Source: Flectonema sp. DT1601 (Eukaryota). Taken from it: a stretch of 64,000 nucleotides of DNA. The DNA lies in contig OZ025793.1 of assembly GCA_964019425.1 (NCBI GenBank), positions 310,001 through 374,000 of the forward strand. Direction: 5' to 3'. Position 1 is the first letter of the stretch, and each line of letters begins with the position of its first letter. The translations under genes were made by a program, and so were the position numbers. Of the stretch, positions 38,940 to 52,500 are shown piece by piece. Under the pieces are notes generated by a model. That model was not told where the DNA came from. It worked only from the letters and a program-made list of their open reading frames with translations, and did not search any database.

Positions 38940-39240
38940 CTGCAACTGGAAATATTACTGCGCGGAAAAAACCGCACTAATTTCCAAATCTGCAAAAAAT
39001 CGCACTAATTTTTCCACGCAGTAATATTTCCACCGCACTAATAATTCTGCTCAGAAGTGATTTTTTCTCCAGCTGCATTTTTCTGCTGGTACCTACACAG
39101 CAAAAAAGCAACCAAATTTTTTTCTACCACCAAGTGGAAAAAACCGCACTAATCTTTTCTCAAAAAAACCGCACTAATTTTTCCGCGCAGTAATATTTCC
39201 CCGCAGTAATTATTCAGCGCAGTAATATTTCCAGTTGCAG
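38940..39240. mobile_element. MITE copy 2 (opposite orientation to copy 1)
   Basis: Same TIRs, flanked by TA. Confidence 0.92.
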
Positions 39241-40244
39241 TATTCTTTTTATTAATTTTTTAAAAAAAAAAAAAAAACAATCAGTTTAGCGTCTTGACCA
39301 GGACGGAAAACTGGAAGTAATCGACATAGTCGATCGATAAAAAAAACAATGATAACATTGTTTCATCTTTTATATTTTTTAATTTTTTTTTATATTTGAA
39401 GAAAAGAAAGAAGAAAAAAAAAAAAAAAAAAACAAGCGGAATTGATCATAATGGGTGGCAGGGGTTGATATAACTTCATTTGAAAATTCTTCTTTTTTAA
39501 TTTCTTTTTTTTTGAAAATTTTTTTTTTTATTTAACAGGAGTTAAGATCACTTACATGAGTTAACACAACACAGATACGAGAGTCGCAAACTGAGGTAAC
39601 ACTACCAATTCAACAAAAAATAATCAGGATCGGACACAAGGAGGAGAGTTCATTCTACCTCTCACTGTCCTTGCTGGTATCTTAAGTGTCTTGGTATCTC
39701 TTGTGTGTCGGTATCTCGGAAGTGCTGGTATCTCGTATGTGCGTTGGTATCTCTTGCGTGTTGGTATCTCTTGCACATAATAAAAAAAAATATTGAGTTA
39801 ACATGATCAGTTTTATTTAACATCAGAGACAGACCGGAACTATTTGAAAATAAAATGTAGATGGGAAACAGTGAAAATTAAAATGAATGATAAAATTAAA
39901 TGAGATTTATGACATAACAGACCAGATAGAGAGTAATAAAGGGAAAAGGAAAACGGAAAGGGTTCATTCACTTAGTTAAAGTTAAGACCGATTAGTCAGT
40001 TTAAGGTCTTGACTAGGACCAACAAAAAAAAAAAAAAATAAATAAATAACGATCAAGCTGAGCTGATCTTGTTTTTATTAAAATAAGGGGAGCGGGAGGG
40101 ATGGAAGGAATAAAGGAAAAAAAAAGAAAAGGTCGATCAATTGGATCTGGTCGTCGAGAAGAAGAAGACAATTATTTTAAAGGTCGATCGGCATAGCCGA
40201 TCGTTGAGAAAAATAACCAGATATAAATACAATCAGTTTAAATA

Positions 40245-40546
40245 CTGCAACTGGAAATATTACTGCGCGGAAAAAACCGCACTAATTTCCAAATCTGCAA
40301 AAAACCGCACTAATTTTTCCACGCAGTAATATTTCCACCGCACTAATAATTCTGCTCAGAAGTGATTTTTTCTCCAGCTGCATTTTTCTGCTGGTGCCTT
40401 ACACAGCAAAAAAGCAACCAAATTTTTTTCTACCACCAAGTGGAAAAAACCGCACTAATCTTTTCTCAAAAAAACCGCACTAATTTTTCCGCGCAGTAAT
40501 ATTTCCCCGCAGTAATTATTCAGCGCAGTAATATTTCCAGTTGCAG
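40245..40546. mobile_element. MITE copy 3
   Basis: Same TIRs, flanked by TA; absent from the homologous site at ~53690. Confidence 0.92.
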
Positions 40547-40599
40547 TAAAAAAAAAAAAAATAAATAAATAAAAAAAAGTTTAACGATCAAGCTGAGCT

Positions 40600-40643
40600 G
40601 AGTTGAGTTTACCAGGTGAGATTTGGACTGTTAGCTTTTGGCT
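40600..40643 (-). mobile_element. 44-bp family A 3' end insert
   Basis: Interrupts AAGCTGAGCT|GATCTTG of the HERO 3' region; compare 40055-40070. Confidence 0.8.
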
Positions 40644-40742
40644 TTTGATCTTGTTTTTATTAAAATAAGGGGAGCGGGAGGGATGGAAGGAATAAAGGAA
40701 AAAAAAAGAAAAGGTCGATCAATTGGATCTGATCGTCGAGAA

Positions 40743-41187
40743 GAGTTGAATTTCCAGGTGAGATTTGGACTGTTAGCTTTTGGCTAAGGCCCTCCCTGAA
40801 GAGCAAGAACAAAAAAACTACTCACACCTGAAGAAAACATACACAAAGAACACACTGTAAGCTGTGTGTGTATTTTGTGTTTGTCACAACAGGAGAGAAA
40901 AGAAAGAATGTCAAGGTTGGTCACCTTGCCTATCAACGCACAACATTGGTGGTCTCTACTAGACCCTGAGTGATCCCACTGGATCTCTCATCGTTCATAG
41001 TACCTATGTGAAGTTATAAAATCAAAGGTAAACTATGAACTACAAATGACTTAGCCTGTTATTATAATGCCACAGGCAGGCCCTGCATTCAGCAACTATC
41101 CAGCAGTGCTTGGATGTCCTGATCTTCTTCTAAAAAAAAAGAAAGAAAAACAAAACTGTAGCTGGGATCACTCAGGATCAACAGACT
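40743..41187 (-). mobile_element. 5'-truncated family A copy
   Basis: Matches ~34656-35100. Confidence 0.9.
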
Positions 41188-44100
41188 TAGAAAAATAAAA
41201 AGAATTTAAAATAAAAAAAAAGAATAAACAATGTTATCATTGTTTTTTTATCGATCGACTATGTCGATCACTTTCTATTTTCCGTCCTGGTCAAGACGCT
41301 AAACTGATTGTTTTTTTTTCAAAATTAATAAAAAAGAATATAAAAAAAAAAAAAAAAAAAAGAATAAACAATGTTATCATTGTTTTTTTTTTTATCGTTC
41401 GACTTTGTCGACTAATTTCTATTTTCCGTTTCTTTTCTTTAAAGAATAAATAAAAAGAATTTAAAATAAAAAAAAAAGAATAAACAATGTTATCATTGTT
41501 TTTTTTATCGATCGACTATGTCGATCACTTTCTATTTTCCGTCCTGGTCAAGACGCTAAACTGATTGTTTTTTTTTTTCAAAATTAATAAAAAAGAATAT
41601 AAAAAAATACAAAAAAAAGAATAAACAATGTTATCATTGTTTTTTTTATCGTTCGACTTTGTCGACTAATTTCTATTTTCCGTTTTTTTTCTTTAAAAAA
41701 TAAATAAAAAGAATTTAAAATAAAAAAAAAGAATAAACAATGTTATCATTGTTTTTTTTATCGATCGACTATGTCGATCACTTTCTATTTTCCGTCCTGG
41801 TCAAGACGCTAAACTGATTGTTTTTTTTTCAAAATTAATAAAAAAAAAAAAAAAAAAAAAAGAATAAACAATGTTATCATTGTTTTTTTTATCGTTCGAC
41901 TTTGTTGACTAATTTCTATTTTCCGTTTTTTTTCTTTAAAAAATAAATAAAAAGATTTTAAATAAAAAAAAAGAATAAACAATGTTACCATTGTTTTTTT
42001 ATCGATCGACTATGTCGATCACTTTCTATTTTCCGTCCTGGTCAAGACGCTAAACTGATTGTTTTTTTTTTCAAAATTAATAAAAAAGAATATAAGAAAA
42101 AAAAAAAAAAAGAATAAACAATGTTATCATTGTTTTTTTTTATCGTTCGACTTTGTCGACTAATTTCTATTTTCCGTTTCTTTTCTTTAAAGAATAAATA
42201 AAAAGAATTTAAAATAAAAAAAAAGAATAAACAATGTTATCATTGTTTTTTTATCGATCGACTATGTCGATCACTTTCTATTTTCCGTCCTGGTCAAGAC
42301 GCTAAACTGATTGTTTTTTTTTTTTCAAAATTAATAAAAAAGAATATAAAAAAAAAAAAAAAAAAGGAAAAACAATGTTATCATTGTTTTTTTTTTATCG
42401 TTCGACTTTGTCGACTAATTTCTATTTTCCGTTTCTTTTCTTTAAAGAATAAATAAAAAGAATTTAAAATAAAAAAAAAGAATAAACAATGTTATCATTG
42501 TTTTTTTTTGTCGATCGACTATGTCGATCACTTTCTATTTTCCGTCCTGGTCAAGACGCTAAACTGATTGTTTTTTTTTTTCAAATTAATAAAAAAGAAT
42601 ATAAAAAAATACAAAAAAAAGAATAAACAATGTTATCATTGTTTTTTTTATCGTTCGACTTTGTCGACTAATTTCTATTTTCCGTTTTTTTTTTTCTCTT
42701 TAAAAAATAAATAAAAAGAATCTAAAATAAAAAAAAAGAATAAACAATGTTATCATTGTTTTTTTATCGATCGACTATGTCGATCACTTTCTATTTTCCG
42801 TCCTGGTCAAGACGCTAAACTGATTGTTTTATTTTTTTTTTCAAAATTAATAAAAAAGAATATTAAAAAAAATACAAAAAAAAAAAGAATAAACAATGTT
42901 ATCATTGTTTTTTTTTTTATCGTTCGACTTTGTCGACTAATTTCTATTTTCCGTTTTTTTTCTTTAAAAAATAAATAAAAAGAATTTAAAATAAAAAAAA
43001 AGAATAAACAATGTTATCATTGTTTTTTTTTATCGATCGACTATGTCGATTACTTTCTATTTTCCGTCCTGGTCAAGACGCTAAACTGATTGTTTTTTTT
43101 TTCAAAATAAAAAAAATATTAAAAAAAAAAAATAAAAAAAAAGAATAAACAATGTTATCATTGTTTTTTTTTTTATCGTTCGACTTTGTTGACTAATTTC
43201 TATTTCCGTTTTTTTTCTTTAAAAAATAAATAAAAAGAATTTAAAAAAAAAAAAAAAAAAAAGAATAAACAATGTTATCATTGTTTTTTTTTATCGATCG
43301 ACTATGTCGATTACTTTCTATTTTCCGTCCTGGTCAAGACGCTAAACTGATTGTTTTTTTTTCAAAATAAAAAAAATATTAAAAAAAAAAAAATAAAAAA
43401 AAGAATAAACAATGTTATCATTGTTTTTTTTTATCGTTCGACTTTGTTGACTAATTTCTATTTTCCGTTTTTTTTCTTTAAAAAATAAATAAAAAGAATT
43501 TAAAAAAAAAAAAAAAAAAAGAATAAACAATGTTATCATTGTTTTTTTTATCGATCGACTATGTCGATTACTTTCTATTTTCCGTCCTGGTCAAGACGCT
43601 AAACTGATTGTTTTTTTTTCAAAATAAAAAAAAAATATTAAAAAAAAAAAAATAAAAAAAAAGAATAAACAATGTTATCATTGTTTTTTTTTATCGTTCG
43701 ACTTTGTTGACTAATTTCTATTTTCCGTTTTTTTTCTTTAAAAAATTAATAAAAAGAATTTAAAAAAAAAAAAAAAAAAAAAAAAGAATAAACAATGTTA
43801 TCATTGTTTTTTTTATCGATCGACTATGTCGATTACTTTCTATTTTCCGTCCTGGTCAAGACGCTAAACTGATTGTTTTTTTTTTCAAAATTAATAAAAA
43901 AGAATATAAAAAAATAAAAAAAAAAAGAATAAACAATGTTATCATTGTGTTTTTTTTATCGTTCGACTTTGTTGACTAATTTCTATTTTCCATTTTTTTT
44001 TTCTTTTTAAAAAATAAATAAAAAGAATTAAAAAAAAAAAAAAAAAAAAGAATAAACAATGTTATCATTGTTTTTTTTTATCGATCGACTATGTCGATTA

Positions 44101-44592
44101 CTTTCTATTTTCCGTCCTGGTCAGGACGCTAAACTGATTGTTTTTTCTTTAAAAATAAATAAAAAGAATAAAAAAAAAAAAAAGGAATAAACAATGTTAT
44201 CATTGTTTTTTTTTATCGATCGACTATGTCGATTACTTACTATTTTCCGTCCTGGTCAAGACGCTAAACTGATTGTTTTTTCTTTAAAATAATTAAAAAG
44301 ATTTAAAAAAAAAAAAAAAAAAAAAAAATGAATAAACAATGTTATCATTGTTTTTTTTTCTATCGATCAACTATGTCGATTAATTTCTATTTTCCGTCCT
44401 GATCGAGACGCTAAACTGATTGTTTCCTTTTTTTAAATAATAAATAAGAAAAAAAAAAAAAAAAAAAAAAAAAGAGCATCTCCCTGCTATCCCTCATATC
44501 CCCACAATAATATTATACCTTTTCATTTTCTCTTTCCTTTTCTGGTCTTTTTTTTTTCTTTTTTTTCCTTTTTCATACAACGTTTTTTATTT

Positions 44593-44623
<31 letters not shown>

Positions 44624-44879
44624 ATGTTTGATTATTTCCTCTTCATTTTTTTTTTCTTTTCTTTTCTTTCTTTTTTTTTTTTTTTCCTCTGCCTCTCTCT
44701 TAATTCTGTTCGTTTCTTTGAAACGAAAATTCATTTGAATATTATTCCTTGGTCAGCAACCATCATTGTCGCCCTTTGGGCCTGTTAAAAAAAAAATAAA
44801 AATAAAAAGAAAGTTTACATCGGGAATAGGGCAGGAGCCAAAAGCTCCCAGTCCGTTACTTCCCACTTTATCGAAATTC
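41188..44879 (+). mobile_element. 5'-truncated HERO-like copy (satellite plus terminus), head-to-tail with the next element
   Basis: Appears identical to ~55550-59233 (offset 14354). Confidence 0.85.
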
Positions 44880-45325
44880 AGCTTTTTGTGGAGCTATCCA
44901 CTCTGCGGTCTTTTTAGGCCCCTCTATCTCCTTTGCTTTATAAGACCCAATGTTTCTTCTCATCCAATTGCTTTTCTCAAGTTGCCTCTTCGGCATTCAT
45001 TTGCCAACCACATTATTTATCAAAATATATATTATAAACAAGTAGTTACTCCGATTTTTCTGTTTTAGAGCGTAGCTCGTTTTCCTTTAAACAGTATTTA
45101 CCAAAAAAAAAACTCTAGGGTTAGCTGCCCGAAATTAAAAAAAAAAGGAATAGTTTAAAAAAAAAGATCTTAACTCATCGATATTGTTTCTGAGCCATTC
45201 TCTTTTCTATTTTTTTTTTTTTTTTTATTATTGCTACTTCACAACAAAAAAAAAAAGAAACACCGGGCCGGCGGTGTCATAAAGATACTGGCAACCATCT
45301 CTCAGCCAACCCAGCCCCCGAGGCT

Positions 45326-48033
45326 TTGCAAGAGGCTATTTCGAGATCGGCTCTGGATGGGGATAAAACTTTAGTAGCCAAATGTCCTTTATGTTTTGAG
45401 ACATACCTCAAAGGTCCAGTTGCGCATTTTAGACGTAACTGTAAGTTTAGTAAGGAATTTAAGGACTATAAGTCACGTTTTCCCCCATCTACCCACTCCC
45501 AAGTTAAAGATTGTTACCACTTACCTTGTCCAGAATGTGGTAAGCTTTTCAAAAGTATCGCTACGAGAGCGAAACACTGTGTTAACGGTACATGTAAAGG
45601 TACACCTCTGTCTCCCCTCACAGGGAATAATTCAGACCTGGAACCTCCCTTTGTAGGAGAATCTGTAGATTTTAAAACTTCACAAACAGCTTTCGTTCCT
45701 TATAACTCTACAACACCCACTTTTACCCCGTTACACCCGTCTCGTCTCAAATTCCGATCTTTTGGAACTGAATGGAAGGACATCGACGTTTCTGCTGCAG
45801 AAAAACTTCAAACTTTCACCGTCGAAACAGAAAACTCTTCAAAACCTGCCGACCAACTTGATAAACTACTCAAAACGGTTTATCAAATATGTAGCGGTTT
45901 CTTTGAAGAAACAAAGCGGAATTTACCCCGCAAACAGAAATCAAGGGAAGAGGTCATCCTCGACCAAGAAAAACTTGAATGTCGTCTGGAAATGAAACAG
46001 CTAAGACAGGAGCTCCGCAAATCAGGGCCTTCTATAGAGAACGCTGTCAAATGGAAAGAGGCAAGAACGAGAATGAAAAGGATTTTCCGAATGTATCGGA
46101 ATTTAGAAAAGAAAAATTTATTCAAAAAATTACAAGATAAATTTCGTCAAAATCCGTTTACTGCCATAAAAGAAGAACTCCAAAAAGAAGATCCTCAACC
46201 CCCCTCCCTTGATATTCCAGAGGAAAAAATAATTGAACATTTTAAAAACAATTATTGTGACAATGAAAAAAAAAAAACTGATTTCACCCATCCCTCTTTT
46301 TTACCTAAGTCTGACTACAAGACAATGGATGATATCCAGTTCCCGAGCTTCGAACAGTTTGGTATTCTCTTATCAAAGAAAAAAAACAAATGTGCCCCTG
46401 GTCCCAATTGCATACCTTATGTTGTATGGAAAAAGGTCCCAACTTTTATGGAAGCACTTTACAAGGTATTAAAGAGAATTTTCGAACTCAAGGCCTATCC
46501 GGATAGTTGGGGCTTAGCATTTGTAACAATGCTCCCAAAGCCCAACTCCGATGGGAAAGACATCTCGAAAACGAGACCGATAGCTGTGGGCAACTGCGAC
46601 GGGAAAATTTTTAATACGGTTATTCAGGAAGCCGTCGCAAGCCACACTCTTTCTAAATTTAATTTTCAAAAAGGCTTTAGGAAAGGTGTCTCTGGGTGTA
46701 TCGAACATGCCACGATCACCTCAGAGATTTTTAAAGAAGTGAAAGCTCTCCGGAAAAACCTAACAATTGTCTGGGTGGATTTGGCAGATGCTTTCGGCTC
46801 AGTCAAACATCAATTAATTTTCTTTGCTTTAAAATATTTCGGAATTCACGAAAGAATAATCGGTTTCTATAAAAGGTATTATTCCTCCATGCGCGTCCAA
46901 ATCAGAGTTGGAGAAGGCCTGACGCCCACTATCCCTTTTGAAGTTGGTGTCTTTCAAGGCTGCGTTTCCTCCCCAACCCTTTTTAATTTGGTATTCCAAC
47001 TACTGCTCTTTTCCTTAGCAGTTCATCAACAGGAAGCCTACGAGTTTAACAATAAATCCCTCCAACTATTAGTTGCAGCTTTTGCTGATGATTTACAACT
47101 TACCACGTCATCAAAGGCGGGGGCAAAATTGCTAATCAAGTCGCTCGAACAGTTTCTTTCCTGGTCTCGTGGTATGAAAGCGAAACCCCAGAAATGCATT
47201 GCCCACAGCTTTGTACAAGGGAAACCAGCTAACCCGGACCTGAAGATTAACAATGTTCCGATTACGAATCTCCAGGAAGCTGGAGAGTTCAAATACCTCG
47301 GGCGTTGGTTTGAGCCGAACGCCAAAGAACAGAAATTGCGAGAGCGCCTGACCACTTTTACCAGGAATTTTTTAAAAAAAGTCGACGCCATGCCACTATA
47401 TGGGTCTCAGAAGGCTTGGTCTGTCCAACACTTGTTATTGTCAAGGTTAACATGGAGTTTAATGATCCAAAATAAAAAGAAGGATTTAAAAAAAAGAAGA
47501 AAAAAAAAAAAAAGAATAAACAATGTTATCATTGTTTTTTTATCGATCGACTATGTCGATCACTTTCTATTTTTCGTCCTGGTCAAGACGCTAAACTGAT
47601 TGTTTTTTCTTTAAAAATAATAAAAAGGATTTAAAAAAAAAAAAAAAAAAAAAAAGAATAAACAATGTTATCATTGTTTTTTTATCGATCGACTATGTCG
47701 ATCACTTTCTATTTTCCGTCCTGGTCAAGACGCAAAACTGATTGTTTTTTTTTCAAAATTAATAAAAAAGAATACAAAAAAAAATAAAAAAAAAAAGAAT
47801 AAACAATGTTATCATTGTTTTTTTTTTTATCGTTCGACGTTGTTGACTAATTTCTATTTTCCGTTTTTTTTTTTTCTTTTTAAAAAATAAATAAAAAGAT
47901 TTAAAAAAAAAAAAAAAAAGAATAAACAATGTTATCATTGTTTTTTTTATCGATCGACTATGTCGATTACTTTCTATTTTCCGTCCTGGTCAAGACGCTA
48001 AACTGATTGTTTTTTCTTTAAAAAAAAAAAAAG

Positions 48034-48070
<37 letters not shown>

Positions 48071-48844
48071 ATAAACAATGTTATCATTGTTTTTTTTTTA
48101 TCGATCGACTATGTCGATCACTTTCTATTTTCCGTCCTGGTCAAGACGCTAAACTGATTGTTTTTTTTTTCAAAATTAATAAAAAAGAATATAAAAAAAA
48201 AAATAAAAAAAAAAGAATAAACAATGTTATCATTGTTTTTTTTTTTATCGTTCGACTTTGTTGACTAATTTCTATTTTCCGTTTTTTTTCTTTTTAAAAT
48301 AAAAAGAATTTAAAAAAAAAAAAAAAAAAGAGTAAACAATGTTATCATTGTTTTTTTTATCGATCGACTATGTCGATTACTTTCTATTTTCCGTCCTGGT
48401 CAAGACGCTAAACTGATTGTTTTTTTTTCAAAATTAATAAAAAAGAATATAAAAAAAAACAAAAAAAAAAAGAATAAACAATGTTATCATTGTTTTTTTT
48501 TATCGTTCGACTTTGTCGACTAATTTTTATTTTCCGTTTTTTTTCTTTAAAAATAAATAAAAAGAATTTAAAAAAAAAAAAAAAAAAAGAATAAACAATG
48601 TTATCATTGTTTTTTTATCGATCGACTATGTCGATCACTTTCTATTTTCCGTCCTGGTCAAGACGCTAAACTGATTGTTTTTTCTTTAAAATAATAAAAA
48701 GGATTAAAAAAAAAAAAAAAAAAAAAAAAGAATAAACAATGTTATCATTGTTTTTTATCGATCGACTATGTCGATCACTTTCTATTTTCCGTCCTGGTCA
48801 AGACGCTAAACTGATTGTTTTTTCTTTAAAAAATAATTAAAAGG

Positions 48845-48875
<31 letters not shown>

Positions 48876-49267
48876 ATAAACAATGTTATCATTGTTTTTT
48901 TATCGATCGACTATGTCGATCACTTTCAATTTTCCGTCCTGGTCAGGACGCTAAACTGATTGTTTTTTCTTTAAAAATAAATAAAAAGAATAAAAAAAAA
49001 GAAAAAAAAAAGGAATAAACAATGTTATCATTGTTTTTTTTTTATCGATCGACTATGTCGATTACTTTCTATTTTCCGTCCTGGTCAGGACGCTAAACTG
49101 ATTGTTTTTTCTTTAAAAATAAATAAAAAGAATAAAAAAAAAAGAAAAAAAAAAGGAATAAACAATGTTATCATTGTTTTTTATCGATCGACTATGTCGA
49201 TCACTTTCTATTTTCCGTCCTGGTCAAGACGCTAAACTGATTGTTTTTTCTTTAAAATAATTAAAAG

Positions 49268-49300
<33 letters not shown>

Positions 49301-49553
49301 ATAAACAATGTTATCATTGTCTTTTTTCTATCGATCGACTATGTGGATCACTTTCAATTTTCCGTCCTGGTCAGGACGCTAAACTGATTGTTTTTTCTTT
49401 AAAAATAAATAAAAAGAATAAAAAAAAAAAAAAAAAAAAGGAATAAACAATGTTATCATTGTTTTTTTTCTATCGATCGACTATGTCGATTAATTTCTAT
49501 TTTCCGTCCTGATCGAGACGCTAAACTGATTGTTTCCTTTTTTTAAATAATAA

Positions 49554-49591
<38 letters not shown>

Positions 49592-52500
49592 ATCTCCCTG
49601 CTATCCTCATATCCCCACAATAATATTATACCTTTTCATTTTCTCTTTCCTTTTCTGGTCTTTTTTTTTTCTTTTTTTCCTTTTTCATACAACGTTTTTT
49701 ATTTATATTTTATTTTTTTTTTTTTTTTTCATGTTTGATTATTTCCTCTTCATATTTTTTTTCTATTCTTTCTTTTTTTTTTTTTTTTTTTTTTTCTCTA
49801 CCTCTCTCTTAATTCTGTTCGTTTCTTTGAAACGAAAATTCATTTGAATATTATTCCTTGGTCAGCAACCATCATTGTCGCCCTTTGGGCCTGTTAAAAA
49901 AAAAAAAAAAATAAAAAGAAAGTTTACGTCGGGAATAGGGCAGGAGCCAAAAGCTCCCAGTCCGTTACTTCCCACTTATCGAAATTCTGACTTATCTCTC
50001 CCTTTTGCCAAAAAAATGGACAAAATTATTAAACCTTTTTTGAAGAAATGGTGGGGATTTGTCCGCTCTGCGAACACAGTCATCCTTTTTACCGGTTCAA
50101 AGAATACTGTTGGTCTCAGACACAAAAGAGTTGAGACGCTATATAAACAAGCGCAATCAATTAAACTAGACATCCTCAGATCCTCACAGGACTCTGACAT
50201 GCACGGTGTCTACAATGTTATTATGGAGAAATCGTCCAACTGGTCGAAAAAGTTTTCAGCTTCTGCTGAGTGGGAGCGCCTTATTAAGTTTTTTTCTTAC
50301 CGTTCTCTTGCGAAGCAATCAGCTGGTCTTGGTCACCGATTGCGCGATCTACGTACTACTCGCCCCGATCTCCTTAAGCGTTTTGAAGTGGAAGCCACAG
50401 ATGAACTACTGAACTCTTTGAATAAATTACAAGTCCAAGGTCAATGGAAGGAGTGGTCTAAATGTATGATAAACGACTTCACCTGGAATAAGGTACTTAG
50501 GGAGGGAAATCCTGCCTATATCTCATTTCAACTGAAAGCGGTTACAAACACCCTCCCCTCACAAGATAATTTAAAGAGGTGGAACATCACCAATGTGGAC
50601 CAAAATTGTGTTTTGTGTGGCAAAGTGAATCCTACCCTCAGGCATGTCTTAACAGGCTGTCCTGTCTCTTTAACACAAGGGAGGTTCACGTGGCGTCACG
50701 ACAGCGTTCTAAAACGCATTGTTATCTTCTTGGAAGAGTTGATAATAAAAGCCAACAAAAGAAAAGAAAACCTTCCGCCTCCCTCTCAAACTTTTTTAAA
50801 AACAGGGGAAAATAAACCCCTAGAAAGAATTTCTAAAGAGACAGGCGAACTTTCACTAGCGAATGATTGGGTCATCCTCGACGATGTCGGTGATAACCGC
50901 CTAATTGTTCCTCTTGAAGTGTGCCATGTCTCGTCCTCTCTAAGACCAGACATTTTTATTTATTCTTTTTTTGCGAAAAGAGCACTGATTCTGGAGCTGA
51001 CGTGTCCAAATGAAGATCGTTTCGAAACCTCTCATGTCTTAAAGGAAAAGAAATACCTAAAGCTAAGAGACTCGATCATCGCTAATGGCTTCGACTGTAA
51101 CATTTTTACTATTGAAGTTGGCGTACGAGGAAACATCTGCATGGACCAGCTGAACATCTGGACACGTCACATCGGTTCACCTTTAGCACCAACAAAAGCT
51201 TTATTTTGTGAATGCACCAGAATCGCCAGACAGTGCTCATATGTTCTGTTCCAGACGAGGAACCTCCCCACGTGGCATTCAAGACCACTAATGCGCAGCA
51301 TTAAAGAAGAACCTGCCACTGCAAGTTTTATAAAAGATGGTAAAGAAATCTTCCCTGTGGAAGAAGTCAAAATCCACAAAGTAACAAAACTGAAAACGAT
51401 CGAAAAGCTCACCATTGAAAGATCGTGGCTTGAGAAATGTTTTATCTGGCAAACTTGTTACGCATCGGCTCTTTCTATTCTACTTGTTGCCAATGGTTCT
51501 TCCTCCCCGGCCCCTTCTGTTTTGTTAGATGAGGATGAGCTCACTGGACTCTCCTTGTCATTCTCTTCTATTTCTTCCATCTCTTTCCAGACTCCCCCAC
51601 CTGAACTCATGTCAACGGGATCGCAAACACTTCCTGCTGATTTCGCTATAGTGATAAGAACTCAATCTGACATGGGTTCTCAAACCCCCTTGTACAAAAA
51701 AAAAGAAGGAAAATTAAGGCTGAAACTTTCCTTGAAATGCCAGATTTTAGAAAACGAATTAGAGCAAATGAAAGAACGAATTTTTTATGTTCTATTTTTA
51801 TTTTACTTTAATGCGATGTCAGCCTCCCTCGAGAAAGACAAGCAGTTACTAAATGGATTACCTGTTGAGATCAAAGCTACCAACCAGGATCCATCCTCAC
51901 TTCCTCCTGCACCCCCTGTTTTAATTATTGAAAAAGATAGAAAAGAATATGAACTTCTGGAAGGAGTAATTCAACGGTTAACAGCAGAACGCGATGAATC
52001 GAAGACTTCTCTTTCTGCACTAGTTCGACAATATGACTTAGTGGAAGATTACAGGAAACGTGAGCTCGCAAATCTGACTCAGAGAGCAGACCTATCGGAA
52101 ATGGCGCTCTTTAATTACCATCAAAGGTTTGTTCTTCTGTCGAACGAATTGGAGACCAAATGTAATGAGGAAAGAGAAAGTAAAATTAGACTTTTCTATA
52201 CTCAACAGGAGGTCGAGAGTTTGCGTGCCGCGCGTCCCCGTATGACCCACTTTAGTCAACAAGTTTCCCCCCGAACCCCCGTTCTGTATGAATCTGTTGC
52301 TATGATGAAGATAGCAAAGAACTACCTCTCGCTCTTTACAACTACGAGTAGTCTTTTTACTCCTCTTATTAAACCCCTTATCCCTACCCTTAATTATATC
52401 ACCCCTCTTTGTCCTCTAGCCTCAATTCCTCCGACAATGCCGCAGAGTGAAGCTCTCGACCGCACGCCGACCAAGATTTTACGACAAGAGAGTCACGTTA

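Larger units (their letters stand above)
34242..40742 (-). mobile_element. Inverted 5'-truncated HERO-like copy (most of the 3' region), interrupted by family A inserts and three MITEs
   Basis: 40742-39365 is the reverse complement of ~53540-54790; satellite spans 39365-36170; terminus spans 34655-34242 and ends GAAATTC. Confidence 0.85.

Noticed and set aside
45260..45350. HDV-like ribozyme at the element 5' end
   Set aside because: Some pairings exist, but I could not fit P3/L3, P1.1 and the catalytic C; a descriptor search would be needed.
45374..45386. GTAGCCAAATG resembling the R2 28S target site
   Set aside because: It is only an 11-nt match, lies inside the coding frame (VAKC), and has no flanking rDNA.
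47470..49987. Helitron interpretation (A|T insertion, no TSD, 3' hairpin)
   Set aside because: Two sites are A|T but others are not. There are no 5' TC or 3' CTRR ends and no Rep/helicase, and the 5'-truncation pattern and linked RT fit retrotransposition better.
49875..49987. ORF-track start of the 1031-aa protein (MSPFGPVKKK...)
   Set aside because: This N-terminus comes from the inserted terminus; the true frame continues from the RT, as shown at 61816-61832.
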